A DNA stretch of 63,805 bases from Candidatus Magasanikiibacteriota bacterium (GTDB taxonomy: Bacteria > Patescibacteriota > Patescibacteriia > Magasanikbacterales > GWA2-37-8). Numbering within the stretch: the first letter of the stretch is position 1; every line of letters begins with the position of its first letter. Below, piece after piece: positions 45,031-53,521 of this stretch. Under the pieces are notes generated by a model. That model was not told where the DNA came from, ran no database searches, and saw only the letters and a program-made list of their open reading frames with translations. The position numbers were made by a program, and so were the translations under genes. The DNA lies in assembly GCA_041666265.1 (NCBI GenBank), contig JBAYHH010000004.1:1-63805 (forward strand). Direction: 5' to 3'.

Positions 45031-46419
45031 ATGAGTACTATTTCCAAAAAAATAATCAGCTTGATTTCAATAGCGGGTGTTTTGGCGTTGTTTGGTTTTG
45101 GTTGTAAAGGCCTGACCGTGGAACAAAAACAAGCGACCGCGTCGGTAGCGCTCGAATATTGGACAGTATATGATGATGTGGACGCGATTAATGGGCTCAT
45201 AGCGAAATACAAACAGCTGCGACCTTATCTCAAAGTGACCGTGCGTCAATTTCGCGCCGATGAGCTGTACCAAAAATTGATCGAGGCGCTGGCGGATGAT
45301 CGCGGACCGGATATTATCTCCGTAAGCAATCGCGAATTGCGCCAATATTATACTAAACTCGCGCCGATGCCGGGCAGTGTCAAAGATACGACTGTGCAGG
45401 TGATCCAAAGCAAACTCGGCAGTGAAACCAAAGTGAACATCGGCACCGTGACTCTGCCGTCGGTGGATCAGATCGATCGCGAATATGTGCCGGCGGTCAA
45501 AAAAGACGCAGTGATCGGCGGGCGGATTTATGGCTTGCCGTTGTCGTTTGACACGATGGCGATTTATTATAATAAAGATCTTTTGGACAGAGCCGGACTG
45601 CCCGAGCCTCCCAAAAATTGGGACGATTTTCAATCAGCGGTGAAAAAAATCACCCGCTACGACCGCGAGGCCGACAAGATCAATCAGGCCGGAGCGGCGC
45701 TTGGTACCGGCAATAATGTCGTGGGCGCCGATGATATTATTTATTTACTATTCAATCAAAGCAGTATTCCGTTTACCGCTGATAGCGGCCAAGCTTCGCT
45801 TGGAGGTAAGGATTCGTCGGGCGCATTTACGGTAATGAATTTTTTCACGGATTTCGCCAATAGCCAGCGCGACACCTACACCTGGAACGAAAAAATGGGT
45901 AGTTCTTTGGATCAATTTGTCAATGGTTCACTCGCGTTTTTCTTTGGGTATAGCTATCATTTGCCGATCATTCGCGGACGCGCTCCGCAACTGAATTTTT
46001 CGGTGATGCCGATGATCCAATTGAGCTCGGATGAGGCGGATTTCAAAAATGTGGCCAATTATTCTTTGCAGACGGTGACCGCCAAATCGCGTCACCCGGG
46101 CGAGGCTTGGGCGCTGATAAATTACATGACTCATTCGAGCGCGAACGGGGATTACTTGAGCGCCACCAAGCGCCCGACCGCTTTGCGCTCATATATTTCC
46201 CAGCAAAAAGACGACAACGACCTAAAGCCGTTTGTCGGGCAATTGCTCGTGGCGAAAAATTGGTATCATGGGCGCAATTATAGCGCGGCGGTGAAGGCGC
46301 TCGCGGATTTATTTCATGAATGGCTCAATCCGCCGGCCAATCTCAATCAAGATCGCGCCGACAAATGGCGCAGTGATTTGCTCAATCGCACGGGGAGTCG
46401 GATTAATCAAACACTTTAA
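45031..46419 (+). CDS. ABC-transporter extracellular solute-binding lipoprotein (sugar type), orphan
   Basis: Lipobox LFGFGC and family-1 SBP-like sequence. No permease or ATPase genes are adjacent. Confidence 0.7.
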   Translation: MSTISKKIISLISIAGVLALFGFGCKGLTVEQKQATASVALEYWTVYDDVDAINGLIAKYKQLRPYLKVTVRQFRADELYQKLIEALADDRGPDIISVSNRELRQYYTKLAPMPGSVKDTTVQVIQSKLGSETKVNIGTVTLPSVDQIDREYVPAVKKDAVIGGRIYGLPLSFDTMAIYYNKDLLDRAGLPEPPKNWDDFQSAVKKITRYDREADKINQAGAALGTGNNVVGADDIIYLLFNQSSIPFTADSGQASLGGKDSSGAFTVMNFFTDFANSQRDTYTWNEKMGSSLDQFVNGSLAFFFGYSYHLPIIRGRAPQLNFSVMPMIQLSSDEADFKNVANYSLQTVTAKSRHPGEAWALINYMTHSSANGDYLSATKRPTALRSYISQQKDDNDLKPFVGQLLVAKNWYHGRNYSAAVKALADLFHEWLNPPANLNQDRADKWRSDLLNRTGSRINQTL

Positions 46420-46424
46420 AGAAG

Positions 46425-46556
46425 TTTTTCAGCCAAACAGTTGTTATTTTTCTTGCGCCCAGACTTGGTTTTTCGGCCAACGGCCGAAAAACCTACGCCC
46501 CGCGCGGCGGGGTGCGATGGGCGCTGGCGAAAAACAGCAACTGTTCGGCTGAAAAA
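46425..46556. repeat. Nested palindromic element (family B-like)
   Basis: 28-nt outer arms tttttcagccaaacagttgttatttttc/gaaaaacagcaactgttcggctgaaaaa enclose the inner hairpins tttttcggcc-aac-ggccgaaaaa and cgccccgc-gcg-gcggggtg. Confidence 0.6.
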
Positions 46557-46565
46557 ATAATTAGT

Positions 46566-46961
46566 ATGAGATTTTATAAAAAAATTATCGCGATTGTTTT
46601 GACGGCGATGATTTTGGCACCCTCGGCTTTTGCGAGCGCCGCGGGGATTTTACCCGATTGTTTACAAACACCCGGAAGCGAATTTAGCGATGCCTGTTTA
46701 AGCATCAATACTTTTGTGGAATTGGCGCTCAATATCGGCGCGTTTGCTTTTTCAGTGATTGGCGCTTTGGCTCTGGCCGCGCTGATTTACGGCGGGTTTA
46801 TGCTGGTGATCGCGGGAGGAAACTCCGAGCGCGTCACCAAAGGTTGGGGGGCGATTTTCGCCGCCGCGATTGGTCTGGGCGTGACATTTAGCGGGTATAT
46901 TTTAGTTAGTTTTATAATCAAAGCCATCGGCGCGAAAGAAGGCTTGAGTTTGATACCGTAA
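46566..46961 (+). CDS. VirB2/TrbC-like two-helix 'pilin' paralog 1
   Basis: Signal/TM N-terminus. Core: LIYGGFMLVIAGGNSERVTKGWGAIFAAAIGLGVTFSGYILVSF. Start at MRFYKK. Confidence 0.7.
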   Translation: MRFYKKIIAIVLTAMILAPSAFASAAGILPDCLQTPGSEFSDACLSINTFVELALNIGAFAFSVIGALALAALIYGGFMLVIAGGNSERVTKGWGAIFAAAIGLGVTFSGYILVSFIIKAIGAKEGLSLIP

Positions 46962-46963
46962 AT

Positions 46964-47845
46964 ATGTCAAATGCAAAAAAATTTTGGTTGATGTTAGTAT
47001 TTGCTGGTTTTTTTATTTTTTTTGCCCAGGAGGTAAAAGCCTGGTGTGTTTGTGATAGCGGTACTTCAGACGCGACCACAAAATCAGACTGCGAGGATGT
47101 CGGAGATTGTCACTGGAAAGACGATGAAAGCGTAACTTGTCTTTGTCCAGACCAAACCGGTGCGTTTAACAGCGAGATAGCGTCTACTAATGGAGAGTGC
47201 CCGTTAGATTGTAAAAGATCCCAAAGCGCGGATGCCAATACTATTAATAATGCCGCTAATAATGCCGCCAAGACTGACGATACTGCCAACGGCTCGGCAA
47301 ATAAAAAAGACGACCCGGCTTTGCAAGCAACTTTTGAGGGTTTCAAAACTGCGGCCAAAGAGAAATTAAATCCGGCCAACTTTGATAATTTAAACAAAGC
47401 CTTTGGTCGGGTCATCGGGTTTTTTGCGGCCGGCATCGGGTCGTTCGCCCTTGCACTCTATATCTGGGCCGGATTTTTGTGGATGACAGCGATGGGAAAT
47501 AGTGATAGAATTGAGAAGGCCAAAGATACGATTGTTTGGACGAGCCTCGGCGCCGCGGTGATACTCTCGGCGTATGTGATCGTAAGTTTCGTATTTACGA
47601 GTATTGTGCCAGTGGCGGCACCCGGCGCGACCGGGGGTAGTCCGGCTGATAGCACGCCGGCGGCAACGGCTCCGCCATCAGATGGGCGCGGTGCCTGTAT
47701 GTGCAATGTTGATTTTAGTGATGGCGATGTTGGTAGTCAAGTCAGATGTATGATTCGATACAGCGCAGAAGAGTGTAATGCAACCTGCGAGGATTATCAA
47801 GGTTATATGGTTGGTTTTAATCCTGGTGCGCAGTGCACGAATTAA
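46964..47845 (+). CDS. Pilin-like paralog 2 with N- and C-terminal Cys-rich modules
   Basis: Core: LYIWAGFLWMTAMGNSDRIEKAKDTIVWTSLGAAVILSAYVIVSF. There are 8 Cys before the core and 6 Cys in the C-terminal tail. Confidence 0.75.
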   Translation: MSNAKKFWLMLVFAGFFIFFAQEVKAWCVCDSGTSDATTKSDCEDVGDCHWKDDESVTCLCPDQTGAFNSEIASTNGECPLDCKRSQSADANTINNAANNAAKTDDTANGSANKKDDPALQATFEGFKTAAKEKLNPANFDNLNKAFGRVIGFFAAGIGSFALALYIWAGFLWMTAMGNSDRIEKAKDTIVWTSLGAAVILSAYVIVSFVFTSIVPVAAPGATGGSPADSTPAATAPPSDGRGACMCNVDFSDGDVGSQVRCMIRYSAEECNATCEDYQGYMVGFNPGAQCTN

Positions 47846-47865
47846 ATCAAAGATAGTGAAATGCT

Positions 47866-48237
47866 ATGAAAAAAAGCTTTTCAATTTTATCCGTCATATT
47901 TATCGCTGTAATATTTTTTTTCAGCAATTTCCTTTTTGTTTCCGCCGCCACGGTCTCGTCGCAAACTACGGAAAAAGTCACTTTGGAAAATCCGATTAAC
48001 GCCTCGACCGCCCCGCAATTTATCGGCACGGTGATCAAGGGTTTTATCGGGATTTTGGGCGCGGTGGTGCTGTTTATGTTTTTGTTGGGTGGATTCGAGT
48101 GGCTCACGGCCGGGGGGAACGCGGAAAAAGTGAAAAAAGGGACCGAGACGATGCTATGGGCGACGATTGGCACGGTGATTATTTTCAGCAGTTATTTTTT
48201 GATTTCCGCATGGCTCAAGGGGATTTTGGGGGGTTAG
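47866..48237 (+). CDS. Pilin-like paralog 3
   Basis: Core: FLLGGFEWLTAGGNAEKVKKGTETMLWATIGTVIIFSSYFLIS. Confidence 0.75.
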   Translation: MKKSFSILSVIFIAVIFFFSNFLFVSAATVSSQTTEKVTLENPINASTAPQFIGTVIKGFIGILGAVVLFMFLLGGFEWLTAGGNAEKVKKGTETMLWATIGTVIIFSSYFLISAWLKGILGG

Positions 48238-48254
48238 GGATATAATATTTTAAC

Positions 48255-48405
48255 TGTCATTCTGAGCCTGCCTGCCGGTAGGCAGGCGAAGCGAAGAATC
48301 TATAATCAAATTGTCATCCCGAGCGAGGATTCGCATCCGACGAGGGATCTCCAAGCAATTAGCAATTTACCAGGTGAAGATTCCTCACATTCGTTCGGAA
48401 TGACA
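48255..48405. repeat. Composite of family A repeats (two units)
   Basis: ctgtcattctgagcctgcctgccggtaggcaggcgaagcgaagaatc, followed by ttgtcatcccgagcgaggattcgcatccgacgagggatctcc...gaagattcctcacattcgttcggaatgaca. Confidence 0.7.
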
Positions 48406-48457
48406 ATGATAAAATAATAAAATGTATGAACAAAAATTTTGGAAGGGAGGTGAGAAT

Positions 48458-48865
48458 ATGAGAAGAATGATTATGATCGCGTCTATGGCGATGATGCTCG
48501 CGTTGCCGTTGTTGTCGGCCGGATCGGTTTTGGCCGAACCAAGCACACAACCGATAAGTACGGAAGAGATGGGAATTACCTATGGCGCCTATACCGGCTT
48601 GACCGAGGGTGATATTCGCGTTACTATCGCCAATATTATCCGTATCGCGATGTCGCTTTTGGGTATCGTGGCTGTGGTTATCATCCTCATCGGTGGATTC
48701 ACTTGGATGACTGCCGGCGGTAATGATGACAAGATCGGTGAAGCCAAGAAATGGATTTTCGCCGGTGTGATGGGTCTGGCTATTATTTTGTCCGCTTACG
48801 CTTTGGCGACATTTGTGATCAACAGTTTGGTTGATGCCACAGGTGGTGAAGTCACCCCTCAATAA
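48458..48865 (+). CDS. Pilin-like paralog 4
   Basis: A GGGAGG Shine-Dalgarno lies 7 nt upstream of the ATG at 48458. Core: LIGGFTWMTAGGNDDKIGEAKKWIFAGVMGLAIILSAYALATF. Confidence 0.8.
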   Translation: MRRMIMIASMAMMLALPLLSAGSVLAEPSTQPISTEEMGITYGAYTGLTEGDIRVTIANIIRIAMSLLGIVAVVIILIGGFTWMTAGGNDDKIGEAKKWIFAGVMGLAIILSAYALATFVINSLVDATGGEVTPQ

Positions 48866-49018
48866 AATTCAGCGGGACAGGCGCGTTTGCCGGGGCCCAG
48901 GAGTCATTTGGCTCTATGGCATATATGCGGCAGGCGCGCCTTCCCGGCTGGGTCGTGACGAATATTTAATTTTGAATTTTGAATTTTTAATCAATAATTT
49001 AATATTTAAAATTATAAT

Positions 49019-49420
49019 ATGAAACCTTCTTCTAAAATATTACTATTCGTGATCCTGATCGTAGGGCTTTTGTCCATGATCGGCTCATCGGTGGCGGTCG
49101 CGGCATTTAATCCCTTGACCAGCACGGGTTTGTCAGACGCTCAAAGCGCCGCCGAACTGCCGACTACTTTGGGCCCGGGCAAGGCGGCCACTTTCCCCCA
49201 GCTCATCGGTGAAGCGATCGGCATTGGGTTGTCGCTTGTCGGCATGTTGTTTTTTCTGTTGATGCTCTATGGCGGGCTGTATTGGATGATTGCGCGCGGG
49301 GACAGCTCCAAGGTGGACAAAGCCAAAGACACGATCGAGGCGGCGGTGATCGGCCTCGTGATTGTCAGCGGCGCCTATGCCATCGCCAATTTTATTTTTT
49401 CCAGTATCGTGGGGCAATGA
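49019..49420 (+). CDS. Pilin-like paralog 5
   Basis: Core: LYGGLYWMIARGDSSKVDKAKDTIEAAVIGLVIVSGAYAIANF. Confidence 0.8.
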   Translation: MKPSSKILLFVILIVGLLSMIGSSVAVAAFNPLTSTGLSDAQSAAELPTTLGPGKAATFPQLIGEAIGIGLSLVGMLFFLLMLYGGLYWMIARGDSSKVDKAKDTIEAAVIGLVIVSGAYAIANFIFSSIVGQ

Positions 49421-49824
49421 AGCCAATATTTATGCGCGCCATTAAATACAAGCAATTCATTTTAACGACAATTGTAATGCTGGGATTGATTGTTCCGGTT
49501 TTGGTTTGGGGCGCCGCGCCTACGCCCAAAGATAATTTGACTAAATTGGGCGGGGAAAAATCCGCCAGTTTGGGACTTAGTAATAATTTGGGAGAAATCG
49601 CCGGCACAATTGTCAAAGGCACTTTATCGGTAGTGGGCACAATTTTCTTCATTTTAATTATTTACGCCGGTTTTCTTTGGATGACCGCGGCCGGCGCCGA
49701 AGACAAGACCGAATCAGCCCAAAAAATCGTGACCATGGCGGTGATCGGCCTCGCCATCGTGATGGCGGCTTATGCGATCACCGTGTTTGTGATGGGGGGA
49801 TTTGGGGTGACGATATCCAAGTAG
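49417..49824 (+). CDS. Pilin-like paralog 6
   Basis: Start at MKPIFMRAI via an ATGA overlap with paralog 5. Core: IYAGFLWMTAAGAEDKTESAQKIVTMAVIGLAIVMAAYAITVF. Confidence 0.8.
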   Translation: MKPIFMRAIKYKQFILTTIVMLGLIVPVLVWGAAPTPKDNLTKLGGEKSASLGLSNNLGEIAGTIVKGTLSVVGTIFFILIIYAGFLWMTAAGAEDKTESAQKIVTMAVIGLAIVMAAYAITVFVMGGFGVTISK

Positions 49825-49842
49825 TGAAATAATTATTTTTTT

Positions 49843-50214
49843 ATGAAAAAATTATTTTTGATTACCATTGTAGTTGTGGGGTTGGGAATGTTTTGGGATT
49901 ATTCCATATCAATGGCGGCCGCCGGCTTGGGACAGGCCGGCGCGAATCTGCAATCCACCGGCGCTGTCACTAAATTAAGCAGTGATTTATCAGCCACTGT
50001 TTTGATTGTTCTTAATGCTATTCTCGCGATTGTCGGTTCACTGTTTTTGATTTTATCCATTTACGCCGGCTATCTCTGGATGACTGCGGCCGGTAATGCC
50101 GAGCGCGCGGATAAGGGAAAAACGATTTTAAAAGAAGTGGTGATTGGTTTGGTTTTGACTCTGTCAGTTCTTGCTATCACCAATTTTGTCGGAACTAAAT
50201 TCGGCGCTCAATAA
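49843..50214 (+). CDS. Pilin-like paralog 7
   Basis: Core: IYAGYLWMTAAGNAERADKGKTILKEVVIGLVLTLSVLAITNF. Confidence 0.8.
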   Translation: MKKLFLITIVVVGLGMFWDYSISMAAAGLGQAGANLQSTGAVTKLSSDLSATVLIVLNAILAIVGSLFLILSIYAGYLWMTAAGNAERADKGKTILKEVVIGLVLTLSVLAITNFVGTKFGAQ

Positions 50215-50216
50215 TT

Positions 50217-50798
50217 ATGAAAAAAATTATTTTACTTATCATGATTTTGGCGCTCTGTGCGCCGGTAATTACCCGCGCGGCGAGTGTCTCACCGGGCTGG
50301 AAAAATGGTCTGGCTAATTTGACCGGATTTGTGGGCGGGGCGGGACTGGAAACCGATATTACCAACCCGATCGCGGCGGTAATCGCGATGGCGCTCGCGC
50401 TCATCGGCATGATATTTTTGGTTTTGACTATTTATGCCGGATTTCTTTGGCTCACGGCCCGGGGTGATTCGGGCCAGGTGGAGACCGCGCAAAAGATTCT
50501 AAAGGCGGCGGTGATCGGTTTGATTTTGGTGACGGCGGCGTATAGCATCACCTATTATGTGACCAAAATCACGCTGGGCGGGGAGAGCGGTGGTAATGAA
50601 GACAATGGCAAGAGCGCGTATTGCGCCGAGCAGGGCGGGCAATGTATTGGTGTCGATGATAATTGTCTCGGGGGCACGATTATTTCCGGCTTTACCGATT
50701 GCCGGTGTTGTATCAAGGATTCGCCTGATTCTAAATTACCGGGGCCCAACGAGTGTTGGTACGAAGGCGACCCGGGTTGTCCCACTCCTTCAAATTAA
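50217..50798 (+). CDS. Pilin-like paralog 8 with an 8-Cys C-terminal module
   Basis: Core: IYAGFLWLTARGDSGQVETAQKILKAAVIGLILVTAAYSITYY. Tail: CAEQGGQCIGVDDNCLGG...DCRCCIKD...ECWYEGDPGCP. Confidence 0.8.
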   Translation: MKKIILLIMILALCAPVITRAASVSPGWKNGLANLTGFVGGAGLETDITNPIAAVIAMALALIGMIFLVLTIYAGFLWLTARGDSGQVETAQKILKAAVIGLILVTAAYSITYYVTKITLGGESGGNEDNGKSAYCAEQGGQCIGVDDNCLGGTIISGFTDCRCCIKDSPDSKLPGPNECWYEGDPGCPTPSN

Positions 50799-50806
50799 CT
50801 TTTTTT

Positions 50807-51253
50807 ATGAAATATATTTTTTCAGCGATTTTAACGACAATCATTTGCGGTTTATTTGTTCATGCGGTTGTGGCCGCTCCGGCGATCAATGAGCTCACGG
50901 CGGATGTTGGGAAGAAATCCGGCTATGATACTGCCGTGGATAAATATACTTTGTCGCGCACAGTTGGGAAAATTATCCAGGCGGCGATGGCGCTCATCGG
51001 CATGATATTTTTGGTTTTGACGATTTACGCCGGATTTTTGTGGCTCACGGCCGGAGGGAATGACGAAAATGTCACCAAAGCCAAAGATATTTTGAAACAA
51101 GCGGTGATCGGGCTGATTATTGTTTTGTCGGCCTATAGTATCACCGTATTTGTGGCGATCATGATGAGTAGCTCCCAAAACGATCAAGGATTTTGGGGAG
51201 TATTTTCCAATTCCGGTTTCGGGTTTTATACCGGCCTAAGCACCGGACACTAA
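50807..51253 (+). CDS. Pilin-like paralog 9
   Basis: Start at MKYIFSAIL. Core: IYAGFLWLTAGGNDENVTKAKDILKQAVIGLIIVLSAYSITVF. Confidence 0.8.
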   Translation: MKYIFSAILTTIICGLFVHAVVAAPAINELTADVGKKSGYDTAVDKYTLSRTVGKIIQAAMALIGMIFLVLTIYAGFLWLTAGGNDENVTKAKDILKQAVIGLIIVLSAYSITVFVAIMMSSSQNDQGFWGVFSNSGFGFYTGLSTGH

Positions 51254-51258
51254 GCGCG

Positions 51259-51325
51259 CTGTCATTCCCGCGGAAGCGGGAATCCAGTCGCTGATTGTCC
51301 AAATATCCGCATGCGTGGCGATGAC
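51259..51325. repeat. Palindromic repeat variant (GTCATTCCCGCGGAAGCGGGAATCC type)
   Basis: ctgtcattcccgcggaagcgggaatcc...gcgtggcgatgaca has the same terminal tgtcat/atgaca ends as family A. Confidence 0.6.
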
Positions 51326-51346
51326 ATAATTATTTAGCCGTTATTT

Positions 51347-51922
51347 ATGAATAAAACAAAAATATTTTTTACAACACTGCTTATCGTCGGAGGATTATTC
51401 GGTGTTTTGGGACTGTTGACGACCGTGTCGGCCCAAGCCACTCAAGGCGAAGAAATCGTCAAACAACTCCAGGCTGGAGCCGGTGATGATGGCGCCAATC
51501 TACCCGCTCCGCGCGATCCGCGCATCGTGGCCGGCGGGATTATTCGTTCGGCGCTCGGACTCCTGGGGATACTATTCGTCTGTCTGATTATTTACGCCGG
51601 ATTTCTCTGGATGACCGCCGGGGGCAATGACGAAAATATCACCCAAGCGAAGTCCTATATTTTTAATGGCGTGATTGGGCTCATTATTATTCTATCCGCC
51701 TATATGATCACGATTTACGCTTTTAAAGTCGCCACGGCGCCGTATGGGCTCGGCGGAAATTGCACCAAAAACGCTGATTGCGGCAAGGATCGCAAATGTA
51801 ATCTTTATGGCAAATGCGTGGACAAGATGTGGTGCCAGAGCGATCGTGATTGTGGCAAGACCCAAACTTGTATAAATAGTTATTGCACGACCGCCGAGGA
51901 TTTGGGGAGTTATTTTAAATAA
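51347..51922 (+). CDS. Pilin-like paralog 10 with a duplicated 4-Cys module tail
   Basis: Core: IYAGFLWMTAGGNDENITQAKSYIFNGVIGLIIILSAYMITIY. Tail: CTKNADCGKDRKCNLYGKC + CQSDRDCGKTQTCINSYC. Confidence 0.8.
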   Translation: MNKTKIFFTTLLIVGGLFGVLGLLTTVSAQATQGEEIVKQLQAGAGDDGANLPAPRDPRIVAGGIIRSALGLLGILFVCLIIYAGFLWMTAGGNDENITQAKSYIFNGVIGLIIILSAYMITIYAFKVATAPYGLGGNCTKNADCGKDRKCNLYGKCVDKMWCQSDRDCGKTQTCINSYCTTAEDLGSYFK

Positions 51923-51939
51923 ATATTTTAATTGTTACA

Positions 51940-52035
51940 AAAAGACCGACAATATCTATTTTTTGCTTCAAGCTCGTCCGTTCGTTGCGACGAACGGACT
52001 CATGAGCCGCAAAAACAGATATTGTCGGCCTTTTT
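51940..52035. repeat. Nested palindromic element acting as a convergent terminator (family B-like)
   Basis: Arms gaccgacaatatctattttttgc/gcaaaaacagatattgtcggcc. Inner hairpin gtccgttcg-ttgcga-cgaacggac. Shares 'gactcatgagcc' with 36191-36202. Confidence 0.6.
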
Positions 52036-52051
52036 GAGTCAGTCCCAATAA

Positions 52052-53161
52052 CTATGACAGAATTGCGACAATCTTTTCGAGAATGATTTGGTTGGGGTTG
52101 GGAAGTGGAAGAGGATTAATTTTTTTTGGCTGACGCAGTATCTGATCGACCAAGTCCGGCAATTCGGCCGGTGTTTTTAATTTTGTGCCCAAATTATTTT
52201 TTTGCAAGTAGGTCAAATTATCCTCTTCTTGCCCGGGCACCGGATCGACGATGATCATTGGTTTGCGCAGATGCAGGCACTCGGTGACAGTGAGTCCGCC
52301 CGGTTTGGTGACGACGATATCGGCGAGGCGCAGGTATTCGTCGATATTTTCCACCCAGCCTTTTACTATATAATTGACAGAGGCGGGCGCAATCAATGAA
52401 TTTAATTGATTGAATAATTTAATATTTTTTCCGGCAATCGCCATGATATTAAATGGCCGATTGGATCTAAATAATATTTTTATCGCTTCGTCGATTTTGG
52501 CATAACCTTCGCCGCCGGATAAAAATATAATGGTTGGTTTTTTTGGGTCAATGTTGCGGGTGGTCTGCAAAGGTGCGAGTGGTTTATCTTCGAAAAATAC
52601 TTGATCAATCGGGATGCCGCTAACGGATATTTTTTTGGGATCGGCGCCGATCGCGATCAGATCGTTTTTAATTTCCGGCGTGGCCACAAAAAAATATTCG
52701 CTTGGCGACGCGCAGTGAAGGGCGTGAACGGCGTAGTCGGTAAGCAAAATCCCAATATTTTTCGTGATATTAAATTTGCGCGCGTGATTCAGGAGTAAAT
52801 CAGCCGGAGTAAAATGCGTGCAAAGAATAAAATCCGGCTGGAATTTTTCCACAAATCGAAAGAATTTTTGGGAGCCGATTTTTTTATTGAGTTTCGTGAG
52901 CCGGTTAAATACGCGCGCTCCGTCTGTGTCTTGGGTGGCGCGATAAATCGCTCCCCACAACCAGGGCGCGTATTTGGCCATCAGGCTGTATGACCGAAAA
53001 TAAAAAAAATTGGCCAAAGGGGATAGATAATCGACCACATCAATATGTTCGACTTCTATTTCAGGGTGGTGGATTTTGGAATATGACAAAAGCGCCTCGG
53101 CGGCGCGCACATGGCCGGTGCCTACCGAGCACGAGACAAAAAGTATCTTTGGGGAAGACAT
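52052..53161 (-). CDS. MGDG-synthase/UgtP-like diacylglycerol glycosyltransferase
   Basis: KILFVSCSVGTGHVRAAEAL N-terminus and a GT28-like C-terminal domain (VTKPGGLTVTECL). Confidence 0.7.
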   Translation of the reverse strand: MSSPKILFVSCSVGTGHVRAAEALLSYSKIHHPEIEVEHIDVVDYLSPLANFFYFRSYSLMAKYAPWLWGAIYRATQDTDGARVFNRLTKLNKKIGSQKFFRFVEKFQPDFILCTHFTPADLLLNHARKFNITKNIGILLTDYAVHALHCASPSEYFFVATPEIKNDLIAIGADPKKISVSGIPIDQVFFEDKPLAPLQTTRNIDPKKPTIIFLSGGEGYAKIDEAIKILFRSNRPFNIMAIAGKNIKLFNQLNSLIAPASVNYIVKGWVENIDEYLRLADIVVTKPGGLTVTECLHLRKPMIIVDPVPGQEEDNLTYLQKNNLGTKLKTPAELPDLVDQILRQPKKINPLPLPNPNQIILEKIVAILS

Positions 53162-53210
53162 ATTAACCCACTTTTTTGAAACTAACCTTTTTAGGAAGAA
53201 ATCCGTGCGG

Positions 53211-53285
53211 GGGTGCCTAACCGGAATCGAACCGGTGCTGCGAGTACCACAAACTCGCGTGCTGACCGTTACACCATAGGCACCC
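53211..53285 (-). tRNA. tRNA-His (anticodon GUG)
   Basis: Manual fold with an encoded G-1 opposite C73 and anticodon loop TTGTGGT. Confidence 0.88.
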
Positions 53286-53346
53286 CTACCAGGACTTCTA
53301 TTCTGATTTTATTCAAAATTTAAAATTAATTATTAAATATTCACCA

Positions 53347-53418
53347 GTGACCCCGCTAGGAATCGAACCTAGATCCGAAGCTTAGAAGGCTTCTATTCTA
53401 TCCATTGAACTACAGGGT
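53347..53418 (-). tRNA. tRNA-Arg (anticodon UCU)
   Basis: Manual fold of 72 nt with anticodon loop CTTCTAA and GGTTCGATTCC. Confidence 0.85.
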
Positions 53419-53521
53419 CATTTAACCCCGAGGGGGTAAGCTCAATCATCTTATCAGGTTTTGTGGGAAAAATCAAGATGTGGTATAATGAGAGGGTAAA
53501 ATTCATTAAATTGGTAAATTT

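Noticed and set aside
46566-51922. Periodic ~400-600-bp repetition that could be mistaken for a repeat array or CRISPR
   Set aside because: The periodicity comes from protein-coding paralogs with a conserved core. No short direct repeats of 25-40 nt with unique spacers occur anywhere in the window, and there are no cas genes.
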